IMG/VR virus record: IMGVR_UViG_3300028829_003504
Coordinates: 62,001-126,000 of that record
Direction: 5' to 3' (one strand)
Length of the DNA: 64,000 nt
Part shown: piece after piece, positions 38,284 to 47,560 of the stretch
Position numbering within the stretch: the stretch's first letter is position 1
How the letters are laid out: each line of letters opens with the position of its first letter
The notes under the pieces: model-generated
What the model was told of the DNA's origin: nothing
Seen by the model: the letters and a program-made list of their open reading frames with translations, nothing else
Database searches by the model: none
Translations under genes and position numbers: made by a program

Positions 38284-38305
38284 AAGGGGACTTCGGTCCC
38301 CTTTT
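38284..38305 (+). terminator. Rho-independent terminator
   Basis: AAGGGGAC-TTCG-GTCCCCTTTT. Confidence 0.85.
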
Positions 38306-38332
38306 AGCCTTTCAATACCATAAGGACTTTAT

Positions 38333-38932
38333 ATGAAATCTTTCGGTAATATAGATATGCAGAATAATGTACTCAAGAATGTTGTACTTGAAGATTTAGA
38401 CGCATTTCCCGCTAATCCTAAGGTAGGATCTTTTGCTTTAATCCAAAAACGACTAATGGTCTGTTTGGAGTTACAAGACACTGTACCTCTTTGGTTCCCT
38501 CTGGGTTCTGAGATAAGTACCCACACTCATACTCAAAGTGAAGACGAATCAGTGTGGGTTATAAATCATGATCTAGGTAGTTCGACGGTTTTAGTACAAG
38601 CCTATGATGTAAATAACAAAGTCATTATACCTGATGATATTGACCTAAGTCTAAAAGACACTGCGGTAATTACGTTCGCAGTTCCTATACAAGGTCGTGC
38701 CATTATTATGTTAGGTAATATTACAGGTATGGCTAAACCTGAAGTCCGCTTCGAGCAATCATTTACTGTCAATGCTACATGGACGCTTAATCATGGACTT
38801 GGGTATAATCCTATTATCCGTTGTATAAAAGATGGCCTAGAGATACAACCTCAGTCTATCGTACATGATTCCACAACTACCGCTACTATTACTTTCAGTG
38901 AACCTGTTTCAGGTAAAGTAGTGGCTATATAG
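38333..38932 (+). CDS. virion structural protein with two W.I.H.LG domains
   Basis: VWVINHDLGS and TWTLNHGLGY units; N-terminus resembles that of 36575. Confidence 0.75.
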   Translation: MKSFGNIDMQNNVLKNVVLEDLDAFPANPKVGSFALIQKRLMVCLELQDTVPLWFPLGSEISTHTHTQSEDESVWVINHDLGSSTVLVQAYDVNNKVIIPDDIDLSLKDTAVITFAVPIQGRAIIMLGNITGMAKPEVRFEQSFTVNATWTLNHGLGYNPIIRCIKDGLEIQPQSIVHDSTTTATITFSEPVSGKVVAI

Positions 38933-38942
38933 GGAGTACATT

Positions 38943-39158
38943 ATGCTTAAACGATCACAACCTGTCAATTACGTACAAGAGAACCCTTCTACTACTTGGA
39001 TTATTCCACATACGTTAGGTGAAATTGTAGCAGTAGACGTTTTTGTAGACTTAGGTGAAATTGCATTAGAGAAAATACTTGCTCCTACAAAGTTTGAGGA
39101 AAATCAAGTCACTATATCGTTCAGTCAGCCTATGAAAGGTAAAGCTCGCGTAGTGTGA
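38943..39158 (+). CDS. single W.I.H.LG-domain protein
   Basis: TWIIPHTLGE...VTISFSQPMKGKARVV. Confidence 0.75.
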   Translation: MLKRSQPVNYVQENPSTTWIIPHTLGEIVAVDVFVDLGEIALEKILAPTKFEENQVTISFSQPMKGKARVV

Positions 39159-39198
39159 TATCGTTTTAAACGTGTTTACTTAATACTGTTAAACACCC

Positions 39199-39218
39199 GC
39201 TACATCGAAAGGTGTAGC
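39199..39218 (+). other. GAAA-tetraloop hairpin (possible terminator or processing site)
   Basis: GCTACATC-GAAA-GGTGTAGC in an intergenic gap, with no clear U tract. Confidence 0.5.
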
Positions 39219-39242
39219 ATTAACATACAAGAGGATAAATTT

Positions 39243-39815
39243 ATGTTAACTGATGGCATTCAACTGGTAGGTGCATCTAAGATCCAACGCGAGATGGTAA
39301 ATTCATCTAGACGTGGTCCTATACTTCCATTAGAGCCAGTAAGCTCACAGTTATTCCAATTAACTGAAACAGAGGGCACTAACACTCCCGGTATTTATGT
39401 GTACAGCCTTACTGAGGAAGAATGGGTTCCCGTAGGTGATACAGAATCGCATCCATATGACATAGCGATGTCAGTATGGGGCCGCCCAATGAGCTACCGC
39501 TCTATAGCTAAGATTGTAAGTCCACGCACTATAATCTTCGACGAAGGCTTAATTAAGTGCAAGGCCGTATGTGATGAGGCCTCATCGGTCCGTGTCGATT
39601 TTCAAATAAAGATTAAGAATGTGTCTAATGTGGACACCACAATAGGCGTTTTAACGTTCATGCCTGGTGAATTAATTGGGTCTTTTACTAGCTCTTTAGG
39701 CCACGATGCGTTACTTCAAGAAAATGACCACTTATTCTTGATTAATGAAGCTGATCGGGATGTAAGCTTGCGCGATTTGTCAATCACCCTAACAGGGCGT
39801 CTAGCTACCTTATAA
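39243..39815 (+). CDS. virion structural protein
   Basis: GAGGA RBS; GIYVY....W..., PYDIA. Confidence 0.7.
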   Translation: MLTDGIQLVGASKIQREMVNSSRRGPILPLEPVSSQLFQLTETEGTNTPGIYVYSLTEEEWVPVGDTESHPYDIAMSVWGRPMSYRSIAKIVSPRTIIFDEGLIKCKAVCDEASSVRVDFQIKIKNVSNVDTTIGVLTFMPGELIGSFTSSLGHDALLQENDHLFLINEADRDVSLRDLSITLTGRLATL

Positions 39816-39821
39816 GGAGGA

Positions 39822-40817
39822 ATGAATATGTTTTCTTCAGGATTCGACAGATCTTTATCTGAAAGGTTTACAACTCAGCAAGATGGAAGTCACGCCATAC
39901 TGCTATACGACTCAGAAAAACCTGCTTCCGTGGATGATGTGGTGTTTAAAACATTGAGTGAGGCTTTAGAGAGTGCTTCCGCTGTAGCTTATGCTAGTAT
40001 AAGTAGAACTGCTCCTAACTCTTGCACATTAAGCCAAATAGGGTCTGCAGGTTTATCAAAATTTACAGAACGAACGTTCGTATCGAATGACGATAGTAAT
40101 GGTACTGCGGTGTTTGTTAAAAAACCTACTTATATTACGTCTTACTTAAGACCTGAAGGTCCCACGAACGCACAGTTAATTAGTTTGCGTCTATATGGTG
40201 GTGAGTATATTCAGTCAGTCACAGGTGTGAGATCTTGGGGAGAAGGCCGTAGCTTGGAGTATGTCTATGATGATGCTATTCTATTTGATGGACTCTTTAT
40301 ACATTCTAAGGATTTTAATAGCAGAAGTAGTTACCTTACAGACATATACGTATACGCCAGAGATAGTGACGACGATGTTTGGGTACTACAGCAAGTATTT
40401 CGTGACGGTCAGATTCAAGGTAAAAAGTACGCAGTGTTTACCTCACCTTTTACAGCGAAGCAGATTAAATTTAGTATCGTAGCCTACGACTTCGACAACA
40501 GATATAATTCAAATGACCATACAGCTGACGTATATTCCATAATACCATATACGTCAGCTAGGCCTACGTCTATGGATACAGAGAGTGTCGATCCTAAATG
40601 GGGTATCATGGTATATCCCCCTAGCATCTCAGGTTCGTATAGCTCAGAGTTACGAACGGAAATAAAATCTATGCTTCTCGATGTGGGTTTAACAGGGTCT
40701 AATGCTGCACTTAGATTTCCTAGTTTACCCCTCAGTGGTACAGATTCAGATGTATTCGAGACTAGGCAAATTGTTTTCGGAGAACTGTTCAATACATGGA
40801 ATGACCCTAGAAGTTAA
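39822..40817 (+). CDS. virion protein (paralogue family) with discoidin/F5-8-like insert
   Basis: ILLYDSEKP...W.....DVG..GS.A.L.F scaffold; the insert contains YVYA.D.DDVW......F..PF.AKQIKF. Confidence 0.65.
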   Translation: MNMFSSGFDRSLSERFTTQQDGSHAILLYDSEKPASVDDVVFKTLSEALESASAVAYASISRTAPNSCTLSQIGSAGLSKFTERTFVSNDDSNGTAVFVKKPTYITSYLRPEGPTNAQLISLRLYGGEYIQSVTGVRSWGEGRSLEYVYDDAILFDGLFIHSKDFNSRSSYLTDIYVYARDSDDDVWVLQQVFRDGQIQGKKYAVFTSPFTAKQIKFSIVAYDFDNRYNSNDHTADVYSIIPYTSARPTSMDTESVDPKWGIMVYPPSISGSYSSELRTEIKSMLLDVGLTGSNAALRFPSLPLSGTDSDVFETRQIVFGELFNTWNDPRS

Positions 40818-40920
40818 GATGGCGTCATTGGACGGCGTATAGTATTGAGTGTGATCAGTCTAGCGCCTTGTAAAATTAACTTAAGTAAGTCTTGTACTTA
40901 AAAGGCTTTTAGGAGATATA

Positions 40921-42198
40921 ATGAGTGTGATAAATGTTCCTGCACTCCAGGATTTACTGCACGTATACCACTCCAATTCAGGTAAATTTCAGATATTCCT
41001 TTTTGAGGGAACTATGCCACAACCATCTGAGATTAAAGCCTGTTTGGATTATGACGATGACTTAGCTGAGGTGTTCAACTTAGCTCCGACAATAGATGCA
41101 ATAGAGAACTTAGGCCCTAAACTCCTATACTATATGAACACTCCATTTACGTCTAATGGGGCAGAAGGTACTGCTAAAGTAGAAAAGTTGCATAACAAGT
41201 TAAAGTTCTCTATGGGTGAAGCTAGCACAGACCAAGCATTTGCGGTAGTGGACGGCACTGCGACCTTTGCTGTTATGGCGTGGACTAGTAGTGACGCACT
41301 TCCCCTAAAAACTACAAGCTATGGAATGTTAGTAGGATCGTTTGGCTTGGAAGGCTCAGGCTGTGACTTCGAAGGCTCGTCTGACGTTATTATAGGCTCC
41401 GCGACTATAATATTTTCCGATTTGGAGTTAAGATTACGTGAAGGGTCAGACCCTTTAGCTTTTGTAGATTTTACAGGGCTGGGCCAAGAAACAAGGCAAT
41501 GGATTGGGATGACCCAGCACGGCTCTGACGTATTCGCTTGCGATAAGTCTTTCGTATATAAGCAGACAGGAGGTACAGGCGACTTCGTAGTAACTGCTTT
41601 TGCGGAGATGGATTGGACAGATCTAACATCTCTAAATGGCCAATTGTATGGCTGTGTAGGTGGTGCTGGAGGTTCGGGTGCTATATATAAGATGAATACT
41701 ATTACTAATGCTATAGTGGTACAAGGAGGTCCCATAGACGCACAATGGGTTTGCCTTACGTCAGATGGTACCGACGTATATGCTGCTGCTTTCCAAGGAT
41801 TAGTATATAAGCAGACAGGAGGTACGGGCGACTTCACATCAATTAATACAGAAATCCAAGATTGGGGAGGTTTAGCAATACATGAAGGTAGTTTGTATGG
41901 AGCTACCTTAGCCTCTATTATGGTATACAATGAAGATTCCGTAAACTTCGAAGCTATGACAGGCTTTCCTGAGCTAGCCTACTACGATGACCTAGAGAGC
42001 ACACCTTCGGGTCTTTATGTCGCATGTAAGCAGTCTACTTATGCAGGTATATGGAGACTTCAATTAGATTCAGATACCTCAGGTCTTGCGATCCATAGAC
42101 CTTATACAAGTGCTTGTAGATCTTTGTCTCTTACGGAGTACGGATTGTACATCGGAACGGATAATGATATCCATGTATCAATAGGTGAACCTATTTAA
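40921..42198 (+). CDS. virion protein (paralogue family) with C-terminal beta-propeller-like repeats
   Basis: IFLFEGTMP scaffold, then W..L....G.(L/V)Y(A/G) blade repeats. Confidence 0.7.
   Translation: MSVINVPALQDLLHVYHSNSGKFQIFLFEGTMPQPSEIKACLDYDDDLAEVFNLAPTIDAIENLGPKLLYYMNTPFTSNGAEGTAKVEKLHNKLKFSMGEASTDQAFAVVDGTATFAVMAWTSSDALPLKTTSYGMLVGSFGLEGSGCDFEGSSDVIIGSATIIFSDLELRLREGSDPLAFVDFTGLGQETRQWIGMTQHGSDVFACDKSFVYKQTGGTGDFVVTAFAEMDWTDLTSLNGQLYGCVGGAGGSGAIYKMNTITNAIVVQGGPIDAQWVCLTSDGTDVYAAAFQGLVYKQTGGTGDFTSINTEIQDWGGLAIHEGSLYGATLASIMVYNEDSVNFEAMTGFPELAYYDDLESTPSGLYVACKQSTYAGIWRLQLDSDTSGLAIHRPYTSACRSLSLTEYGLYIGTDNDIHVSIGEPI
41554..41835 (+). repeat. 33-nt direct repeat (1 mismatch), 249 nt apart
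   Basis: GTATATAAGCAGACAGGAGGTAC(A/G)GGCGACTTC at 41554 and 41803, encoding VYKQTGGTGDF. Confidence 0.9.
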
Positions 42199-42300
42199 CA
42201 ATAAGATAATTTAATATAGTGATACGTTCTTGTAGCACTTGTAAAAACATGGGGGTTGTTCGCATAGACCCCAAATTTTAAACTATAATGGAATCACATT

Positions 42301-43239
42301 ATGTATTTAGATAATGCTTATCAATTTTCGTACGGACTTGCTTCAAGTCCTTTTAGATCTTCATGGGGCTTGGCTCTATTCGCTGGCGCCGTTCCAGAGA
42401 ACATCGAGGGCGTATCATTTGATATGTCTAAGGCAGACGAGGTATTTAAGAATGCCGAGTGTCAGATGAATATAGATGCTTCAATAATTAACGGAGACAG
42501 CGTTCGTTTCTTACGTGGCAATACCTTAGGTGATACGTTACTACAAAACAAGATCCACTTCTTCGATGAAGTACTTGCTACGTGGTACTTCATCCCACAG
42601 GAAGCGAACGTGTTATCTACACTTAAAGATACGTTCCTTATACAAGATAAACTTACATTCATGTCTGGGTACGGCTCTATATTTAACCCAGAAACTACTA
42701 CGGCCATCGATTTTGACGCCGCTTTAGATGATCCTAAGAACTTAGAGATAGAGTATGTCTTCAATGAAGAAGTTACAGTTTCAGCCATTCATGCTAAAGC
42801 AGCTAATGCGGCAGCCTTAGGTACTACTCTACATGTGTTCGTTCGTGACGCGGGTGATACTACGTGGACTGAAATCGGCACAGGCCTTACTAATGCTTTC
42901 TCGGGATTACTTGAGTTAGGCGATAGTGCTACAGGTACTAAATTTAAAGTTGTTTCGACTTGTACTAATAAACACAGTATTGCTACCTTACTTCTATGTG
43001 GTGACACAGATCCTACTCAATCTGCGCGACCTCCTGTAACATGGGCAATGATATACCCTCTAGTAAATCCATCATCAGTATATGAAGTGTCTAAAGAGCT
43101 TCCTGTTATTATTATGGATGCAGGTGGACCTGAAGTACAACTACCGTTAACGTTGAATAGCGCTACAGCTATAGCGGAAATCCCATTCAACGTAATTAAC
43201 CTTAAAATCAGTTCACCTTACCTAGAGGAGACAGTATAA
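42301..43239 (+). CDS. virion protein (paralogue family) with discoidin-like insert
   Basis: LALFAGAVP...TWAMIYP...MDAGGP scaffold; insert EYVFNEEVTVSAI...WTEI...TKFKV. Confidence 0.7.
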   Translation: MYLDNAYQFSYGLASSPFRSSWGLALFAGAVPENIEGVSFDMSKADEVFKNAECQMNIDASIINGDSVRFLRGNTLGDTLLQNKIHFFDEVLATWYFIPQEANVLSTLKDTFLIQDKLTFMSGYGSIFNPETTTAIDFDAALDDPKNLEIEYVFNEEVTVSAIHAKAANAAALGTTLHVFVRDAGDTTWTEIGTGLTNAFSGLLELGDSATGTKFKVVSTCTNKHSIATLLLCGDTDPTQSARPPVTWAMIYPLVNPSSVYEVSKELPVIIMDAGGPEVQLPLTLNSATAIAEIPFNVINLKISSPYLEETV

Positions 43240-43754
43240 TGATAAAGATATCTGAATCAATTAAGGTAGGATACACCCATAGCGTCCTAACCTCGGATAG
43301 TCAGAGCCATAACATAATGTTCTTTGAAGGCGTTATGCCTACTCGTGCTGAGTACCTGGCCCTAGTCTCTCCGTTCAGATCCTTAGGCCTGTTAAGCATG
43401 TCGGATCTACTTAATGCAATCGTATCACATGATGCGAGTAACGCTATTTTAGGATATGTATATACGGCGGCTACCGTTAAACCTAAACGTCTTAGTCCAG
43501 ACCGTACGTCGTTCCCTTTCTCTAATAGTCAAGCGGATTTGACGTGGAGAAAAGATGGAACCTTAGGTTTCTTCGTTTTAGCTCTAGGTCCTACGGTAAA
43601 TACAGACCTGACAACTTCGAAAGGAGTTAAATCTGTTATTATAGGCACGGCTGGTGATGTAGGTAGTGGGGCGGATATCGAACTTCTTGGTGGTAATATT
43701 GAGCAAAACCAAGAATACAGAATTAACGATATCGTAGTACAGTTAAACACTTAA
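43239..43754 (+). CDS. virion protein (paralogue family, minimal scaffold)
   Basis: IMFFEGVMP...DGTLGFF...GTAGDVGSGADIEL. Confidence 0.7.
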   Translation: MIKISESIKVGYTHSVLTSDSQSHNIMFFEGVMPTRAEYLALVSPFRSLGLLSMSDLLNAIVSHDASNAILGYVYTAATVKPKRLSPDRTSFPFSNSQADLTWRKDGTLGFFVLALGPTVNTDLTTSKGVKSVIIGTAGDVGSGADIELLGGNIEQNQEYRINDIVVQLNT

Positions 43755-43766
43755 CGGGGATTATGT

Positions 43767-44549
43767 ATGGGACTTCTAGCAGTCATCAATGACGTATTTG
43801 GTTTGAATGAGCCCGGTGTGTTCTCCATGAATATGGTACCACTGAATACCGTGTTAGAGTCAGATAACATAACTTCATTTAGTCTTAACAGTGCTTTGCG
43901 TCCTATGGATATCGGGTTTGAGATTGATTATGGAGTACCTACATTCTCCCTAATCAACGAAACGGTTGTTGGTGATGAAAATCGCTATACGACCGTTTCG
44001 GCATTTACTCTCTTGCAGGGTGAGTTTGACCCGCATACAGATTATGATTACTCAAACTTCCGGATAAGTACACCACTAAGCCGGAGCGTGTTCATTGGGG
44101 CGAAGGCGACTACCTTAGAAGGATATTCAATAACGGATATACTTTATAAGGATATAAACCTGGACGTTAACGTTACTCTCATTAGTCTTACGAGAATAGC
44201 TTATGCTACTTTCTCAGGACTACCTTTAATCCCAGAACTTATATTGTCCTTTTTAGCTTTAGATGAACTAGTTTCAGACCAACAGTCACCTGACCCAGAT
44301 ACATCAGTCAGACCTACTATTAGTAGTAGCTGTACGTTAGACCTAGTCGATCCTAAAGAGGATGTATCTATAAGAGTTTTAGGTGCGAACGAAGTAGGGA
44401 TTAGCACGCAAAGTGTAGCGAGCGAAAATACCAACATTCTCTCTAGCAGGGATGTTGAATTAGAGTCAGCTAAACTTGCTGCAGGTACACTCTCCCTATT
44501 AGGGGACGTTGTAGTTATGTATGATGATGGACTTGTTACTTACGTATAA
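43767..44549 (+). CDS. hypothetical protein
   Basis: 260-aa acidic ORF. Confidence 0.65.
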   Translation: MGLLAVINDVFGLNEPGVFSMNMVPLNTVLESDNITSFSLNSALRPMDIGFEIDYGVPTFSLINETVVGDENRYTTVSAFTLLQGEFDPHTDYDYSNFRISTPLSRSVFIGAKATTLEGYSITDILYKDINLDVNVTLISLTRIAYATFSGLPLIPELILSFLALDELVSDQQSPDPDTSVRPTISSSCTLDLVDPKEDVSIRVLGANEVGISTQSVASENTNILSSRDVELESAKLAAGTLSLLGDVVVMYDDGLVTYV

Positions 44550-44553
44550 CAGC

Positions 44554-44579
44554 GATTGGGTTTCTTAGGAAGCCCAATC
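44554..44579 (+). terminator. hairpin, probable terminator
   Basis: GATTGGGTTTC-TTAG-GAAGCCCAATC followed by TTATT. Confidence 0.55.
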
Positions 44580-44598
44580 TTATTATCTTGGAGTAAAT

Positions 44599-45075
44599 AT
44601 GAGCGGGTTAGCGAGCACAAGCCTGCCTATCAAAGGCGGCATAAGTCTTTGGATATTCGATACCATAGATGTATTTAGTGAATACCAGTTTGATAAGGTA
44701 ATGCAGAATGTCCTTGAAGGTTCAGTAGATTTAGTGGTAAGATTTGAACCTGGGAGTATTGCCTTATCCAACTTAGGAGACATGAATTGGATAGACCCTG
44801 ATCATCAAGTATCAACATTTCATGTTACAGTAGATAGATTAAAACCATTAGAGTCTAACGATAGTTATATCTCTAATTATGACGTTATTGGCACTAGATA
44901 TCCGACTGGTGACTTATACTTTAATGTAAACGTAGGTAATGAATTTACCCATGACATTATCACAATAGAGTCCGAAGACGTAATCTTTAACGCGGAATAC
45001 GTAGGCGGCAGTATAATACTGCAGGTTACAATTCCCGAAACACCAGTAACAGACGAAATAATAACCTTTGAATAG
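44599..45075 (+). CDS. hypothetical protein
   Basis: 158-aa ORF with GGAG RBS. Confidence 0.65.
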   Translation: MSGLASTSLPIKGGISLWIFDTIDVFSEYQFDKVMQNVLEGSVDLVVRFEPGSIALSNLGDMNWIDPDHQVSTFHVTVDRLKPLESNDSYISNYDVIGTRYPTGDLYFNVNVGNEFTHDIITIESEDVIFNAEYVGGSIILQVTIPETPVTDEIITFE

Positions 45076-45628
45076 GACTGACGAAATGATTAAAGTGTCA
45101 AAAAGTATAGCTGCTGCCAATATAGTAAGATTAATAGACCAGGCTTTTTATACAGGGGTCTATGTGTTTGAAACCCCTGAAGGTGGTATTACCGATGCCC
45201 AAAAAGATGCAGCCTTAGATGCAGCACGTAGCACAAAAGGTTTAATAACACCTTCCGCCCTAAAACAGTCTTTAAATGATCTAGGATGTAAGGTGTTAGC
45301 AGGTAATGGTTACTATAAAAATGATTGTCCTTGGTACCAACCTGCACATAATAAATTAATCATAGGTTTCTCAGGAGCGGTAGCAGCAGATCCCTTAAAA
45401 TTCATAGAAGAAGGTAAGATGTCAATGGCAGTCGTATTAGCTGCTTCTAATTCTGGGGTAGGTTCCAATTACCCTGGGATGACATACGGCGGAGATACGG
45501 TAGGTACAGCTTTCTTTTTTGACGTAGGTGAAATAGATAGCGAATCTGATTTGGAATTCCTAGAACTTGACGTGACCTCTGAATCAGCAATAGCCGTTAA
45601 TGACATATCGTTGACGCTCGGAGTATAG
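45068..45628 (+). CDS. virion protein (paralogue family)
   Basis: MIKVS.SI start like 43239 (MIKISESI); FDVGEIDSESDLEF...VNDI. The real start may be the internal MIKVS. Confidence 0.7.
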   Translation: MNRTDEMIKVSKSIAAANIVRLIDQAFYTGVYVFETPEGGITDAQKDAALDAARSTKGLITPSALKQSLNDLGCKVLAGNGYYKNDCPWYQPAHNKLIIGFSGAVAADPLKFIEEGKMSMAVVLAASNSGVGSNYPGMTYGGDTVGTAFFFDVGEIDSESDLEFLELDVTSESAIAVNDISLTLGV

Positions 45629-45711
45629 GGCATTACGCGAGCGTGGTATTAAGTCTCGCTCGCTTTATATAATTTATATGTAAGTTAAATCAAAAAGCAA
45701 TAGGATACTAT

Positions 45712-45963
45712 ATGTTAATGCAAAATTTCGGTGGTCTCAGAGCAGTAGGTGAGAAGGCCTCAATAATGATCCGTTTGACGTCTGAGAGTAAGGGACTTAG
45801 TGAGATGCAAGAGGCTTACCAAGCTGTCTTACAAGGGCTTTTGACCGAAAAGGGTATAGAGTCTCCTTTTGACTCTCAAGATGCCACACAGATAAAGGCG
45901 TTCTTTGACGAAGCATCTAGACGATGGAAGAACTATATAGCTGATAATAGTATAGCGGTGTAA
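45712..45963 (+). CDS. small hypothetical protein
   Basis: AGGA RBS; YQ....L...GI.SP.......K.FF......W helical motif. Confidence 0.65.
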   Translation: MLMQNFGGLRAVGEKASIMIRLTSESKGLSEMQEAYQAVLQGLLTEKGIESPFDSQDATQIKAFFDEASRRWKNYIADNSIAV

Positions 45964-45980
45964 TCCGGGAGTTAATACCT

Positions 45981-46292
45981 ATGGAAGAAATTGAAGTAGG
46001 AGCCTTACTAGGTTACATTACGGATTATTCATGGGGTTACATCGTCCTAGCCTTCATGTCATGGGCCAGCGGCGTGATAGTACACTATATAAAAAAGTGT
46101 AAGCGGGACGATATCTCTTTCATCGAGTACTGGACCAGTCATATTGATGCAAGTATATCAAGCATAGCGCTAGGCTTAGTTGCCTTCATCACAACATTAA
46201 CGAATGAGCCTAATGCCAGTATTCTTACTTATTTTGGAATAGGCTACGCCATAGATAGCATGATAAACAAAGCTAAAGGCAAGAATCATTAA
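45981..46292 (+). CDS. holin-like membrane protein
   Basis: Two to three TM segments and a basic C-terminal tail (KAKGKNH); first gene of the lysis cluster. Confidence 0.55.
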   Translation: MEEIEVGALLGYITDYSWGYIVLAFMSWASGVIVHYIKKCKRDDISFIEYWTSHIDASISSIALGLVAFITTLTNEPNASILTYFGIGYAIDSMINKAKGKNH

Positions 46293-46371
46293 GATCGAAA
46301 AAGCATAATAACCTCTCTGGCTTAGGTCAGACAAATTCGTATTCAATAATACATATTAAAGGAGTATACTC

Positions 46372-46731
46372 ATGACTGAATTAAAAACACCAGTTACCCA
46401 AAAGAAAGCTATTCTAGATAAACTGGATGATACAAAAAGTAGAAGTTGGTTAAAATGGGTTCTAATCATCTTAGTTGCTGTAGGTAGTGCCTTATTTCTG
46501 ATGATGGGAGATAGACGTAGTAGTCAAATGTTAAATCAACGGAAGAAAGAAATCCATACCAGACAAAAAGATGCTAAGATAGACATGGTAGTTAATAGTC
46601 GTGAGGCTATAGATAACCAGGAAGAGAAGATAGAGCAAGTCCGCCAGGAGTATGCAACTAAGACAGAGAAGATTAAAGGTCTTAGTACAGAAAATGAAGT
46701 ATTTACTTCTTGGGAAGATGGAGCCACGTAA
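46372..46731 (+). CDS. i-spanin-like protein (TM plus periplasmic coiled coil)
   Basis: WLKWVLIILVAVGSALFLMM followed by a charged helix; abuts a lipoprotein gene. Confidence 0.6.
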   Translation: MTELKTPVTQKKAILDKLDDTKSRSWLKWVLIILVAVGSALFLMMGDRRSSQMLNQRKKEIHTRQKDAKIDMVVNSREAIDNQEEKIEQVRQEYATKTEKIKGLSTENEVFTSWEDGAT

Positions 46732-47213
46732 TGAAGAAATTATTTTTTACTGCCTTAATCTTGTCAGTCCTTACCGGCTGCATGTCCCCTCCTGAGTTCC
46801 CTGTATCGGACTTACGTATTAGCAATATGCCGAACTTAGAAGGTCAGGTAATAGACGCTATAGCTGTTCCAGATAAACCTAAAGGTGCGCTTGAGAGTAT
46901 CGTATCAGATGATGGGACTCAAGGTAAAGTACTAACATTCAATAGTGCAGAAGTTAAAAGATTATTGGCTATACACAATGCGGCGGAAGGTAATGCCAAA
47001 CTCGTTAAAGAAATGAATAAGCTCCTTTCTATGTATGTGCAGCAAGCTAATATGATTAAAGATTTAGCAGAATTAGAGGAAGCCCGTTCAGCTCGCCTTG
47101 AGTCGGATTTAGCTTACTCTGATTATAAACTTAAAGAGCAGCAGTTGGAAAGCAAAATTGAAACATGGAGCTGGAAGATAGTTGCATTCATAGCACTGGC
47201 CGTAGGATTGTAA
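46731..47213 (+). CDS. spanin-like outer-membrane lipoprotein with hydrophobic C-terminus
   Basis: MKKLFFTALILSVLTG|C lipobox, a coiled coil and the terminal WSWKIVAFIALAVGL. Confidence 0.65.
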   Translation: MKKLFFTALILSVLTGCMSPPEFPVSDLRISNMPNLEGQVIDAIAVPDKPKGALESIVSDDGTQGKVLTFNSAEVKRLLAIHNAAEGNAKLVKEMNKLLSMYVQQANMIKDLAELEEARSARLESDLAYSDYKLKEQQLESKIETWSWKIVAFIALAVGL

Positions 47214-47215
47214 TA

Positions 47216-47554
47216 ATGATTAGAAATTTAAACCGAGAGAACCTGTACGCACGATGTTTCCGTTTTGTTTTTGTTCTAATAGCATTAGGGCTAGTCTACT
47301 TTATATTTAGTACAAGCCCTAATGTGAAGTTCCCGTTAATGTTACATAAGTTGAGTATGGTGACAGTAGCTGCCATCATAGGTTACTTCTTAGATTACAT
47401 ACTTTTCCCGAACTTTAGACCAGGAGATTTGGCTAAAGTCATTGAGGATGAAAAATATCCTACTAGGGGTCTGTATCAGCTTGTAGGTATGTGCAACATA
47501 CGTAGAGCGATTATCATCGTAGGTATGATAATTGGAGTTAGTCAAGGAGTATAG
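47216..47554 (+). CDS. putative 2/3-TM holin (Holin_2-3-like)
   Basis: LHKLSMVTVAAIIGYFLDYILFPNFRP and RRAIIIVG....V..G match this holin family's pattern; lies upstream of the lysin. Confidence 0.75.
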   Translation: MIRNLNRENLYARCFRFVFVLIALGLVYFIFSTSPNVKFPLMLHKLSMVTVAAIIGYFLDYILFPNFRPGDLAKVIEDEKYPTRGLYQLVGMCNIRRAIIIVGMIIGVSQGV

Positions 47555-47560
47555 ATTATT

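Noticed and set aside
41319-41930. 203-aa minus-strand ORF
   Set aside because: Shadow of the propeller-repeat gene 40921..42198.
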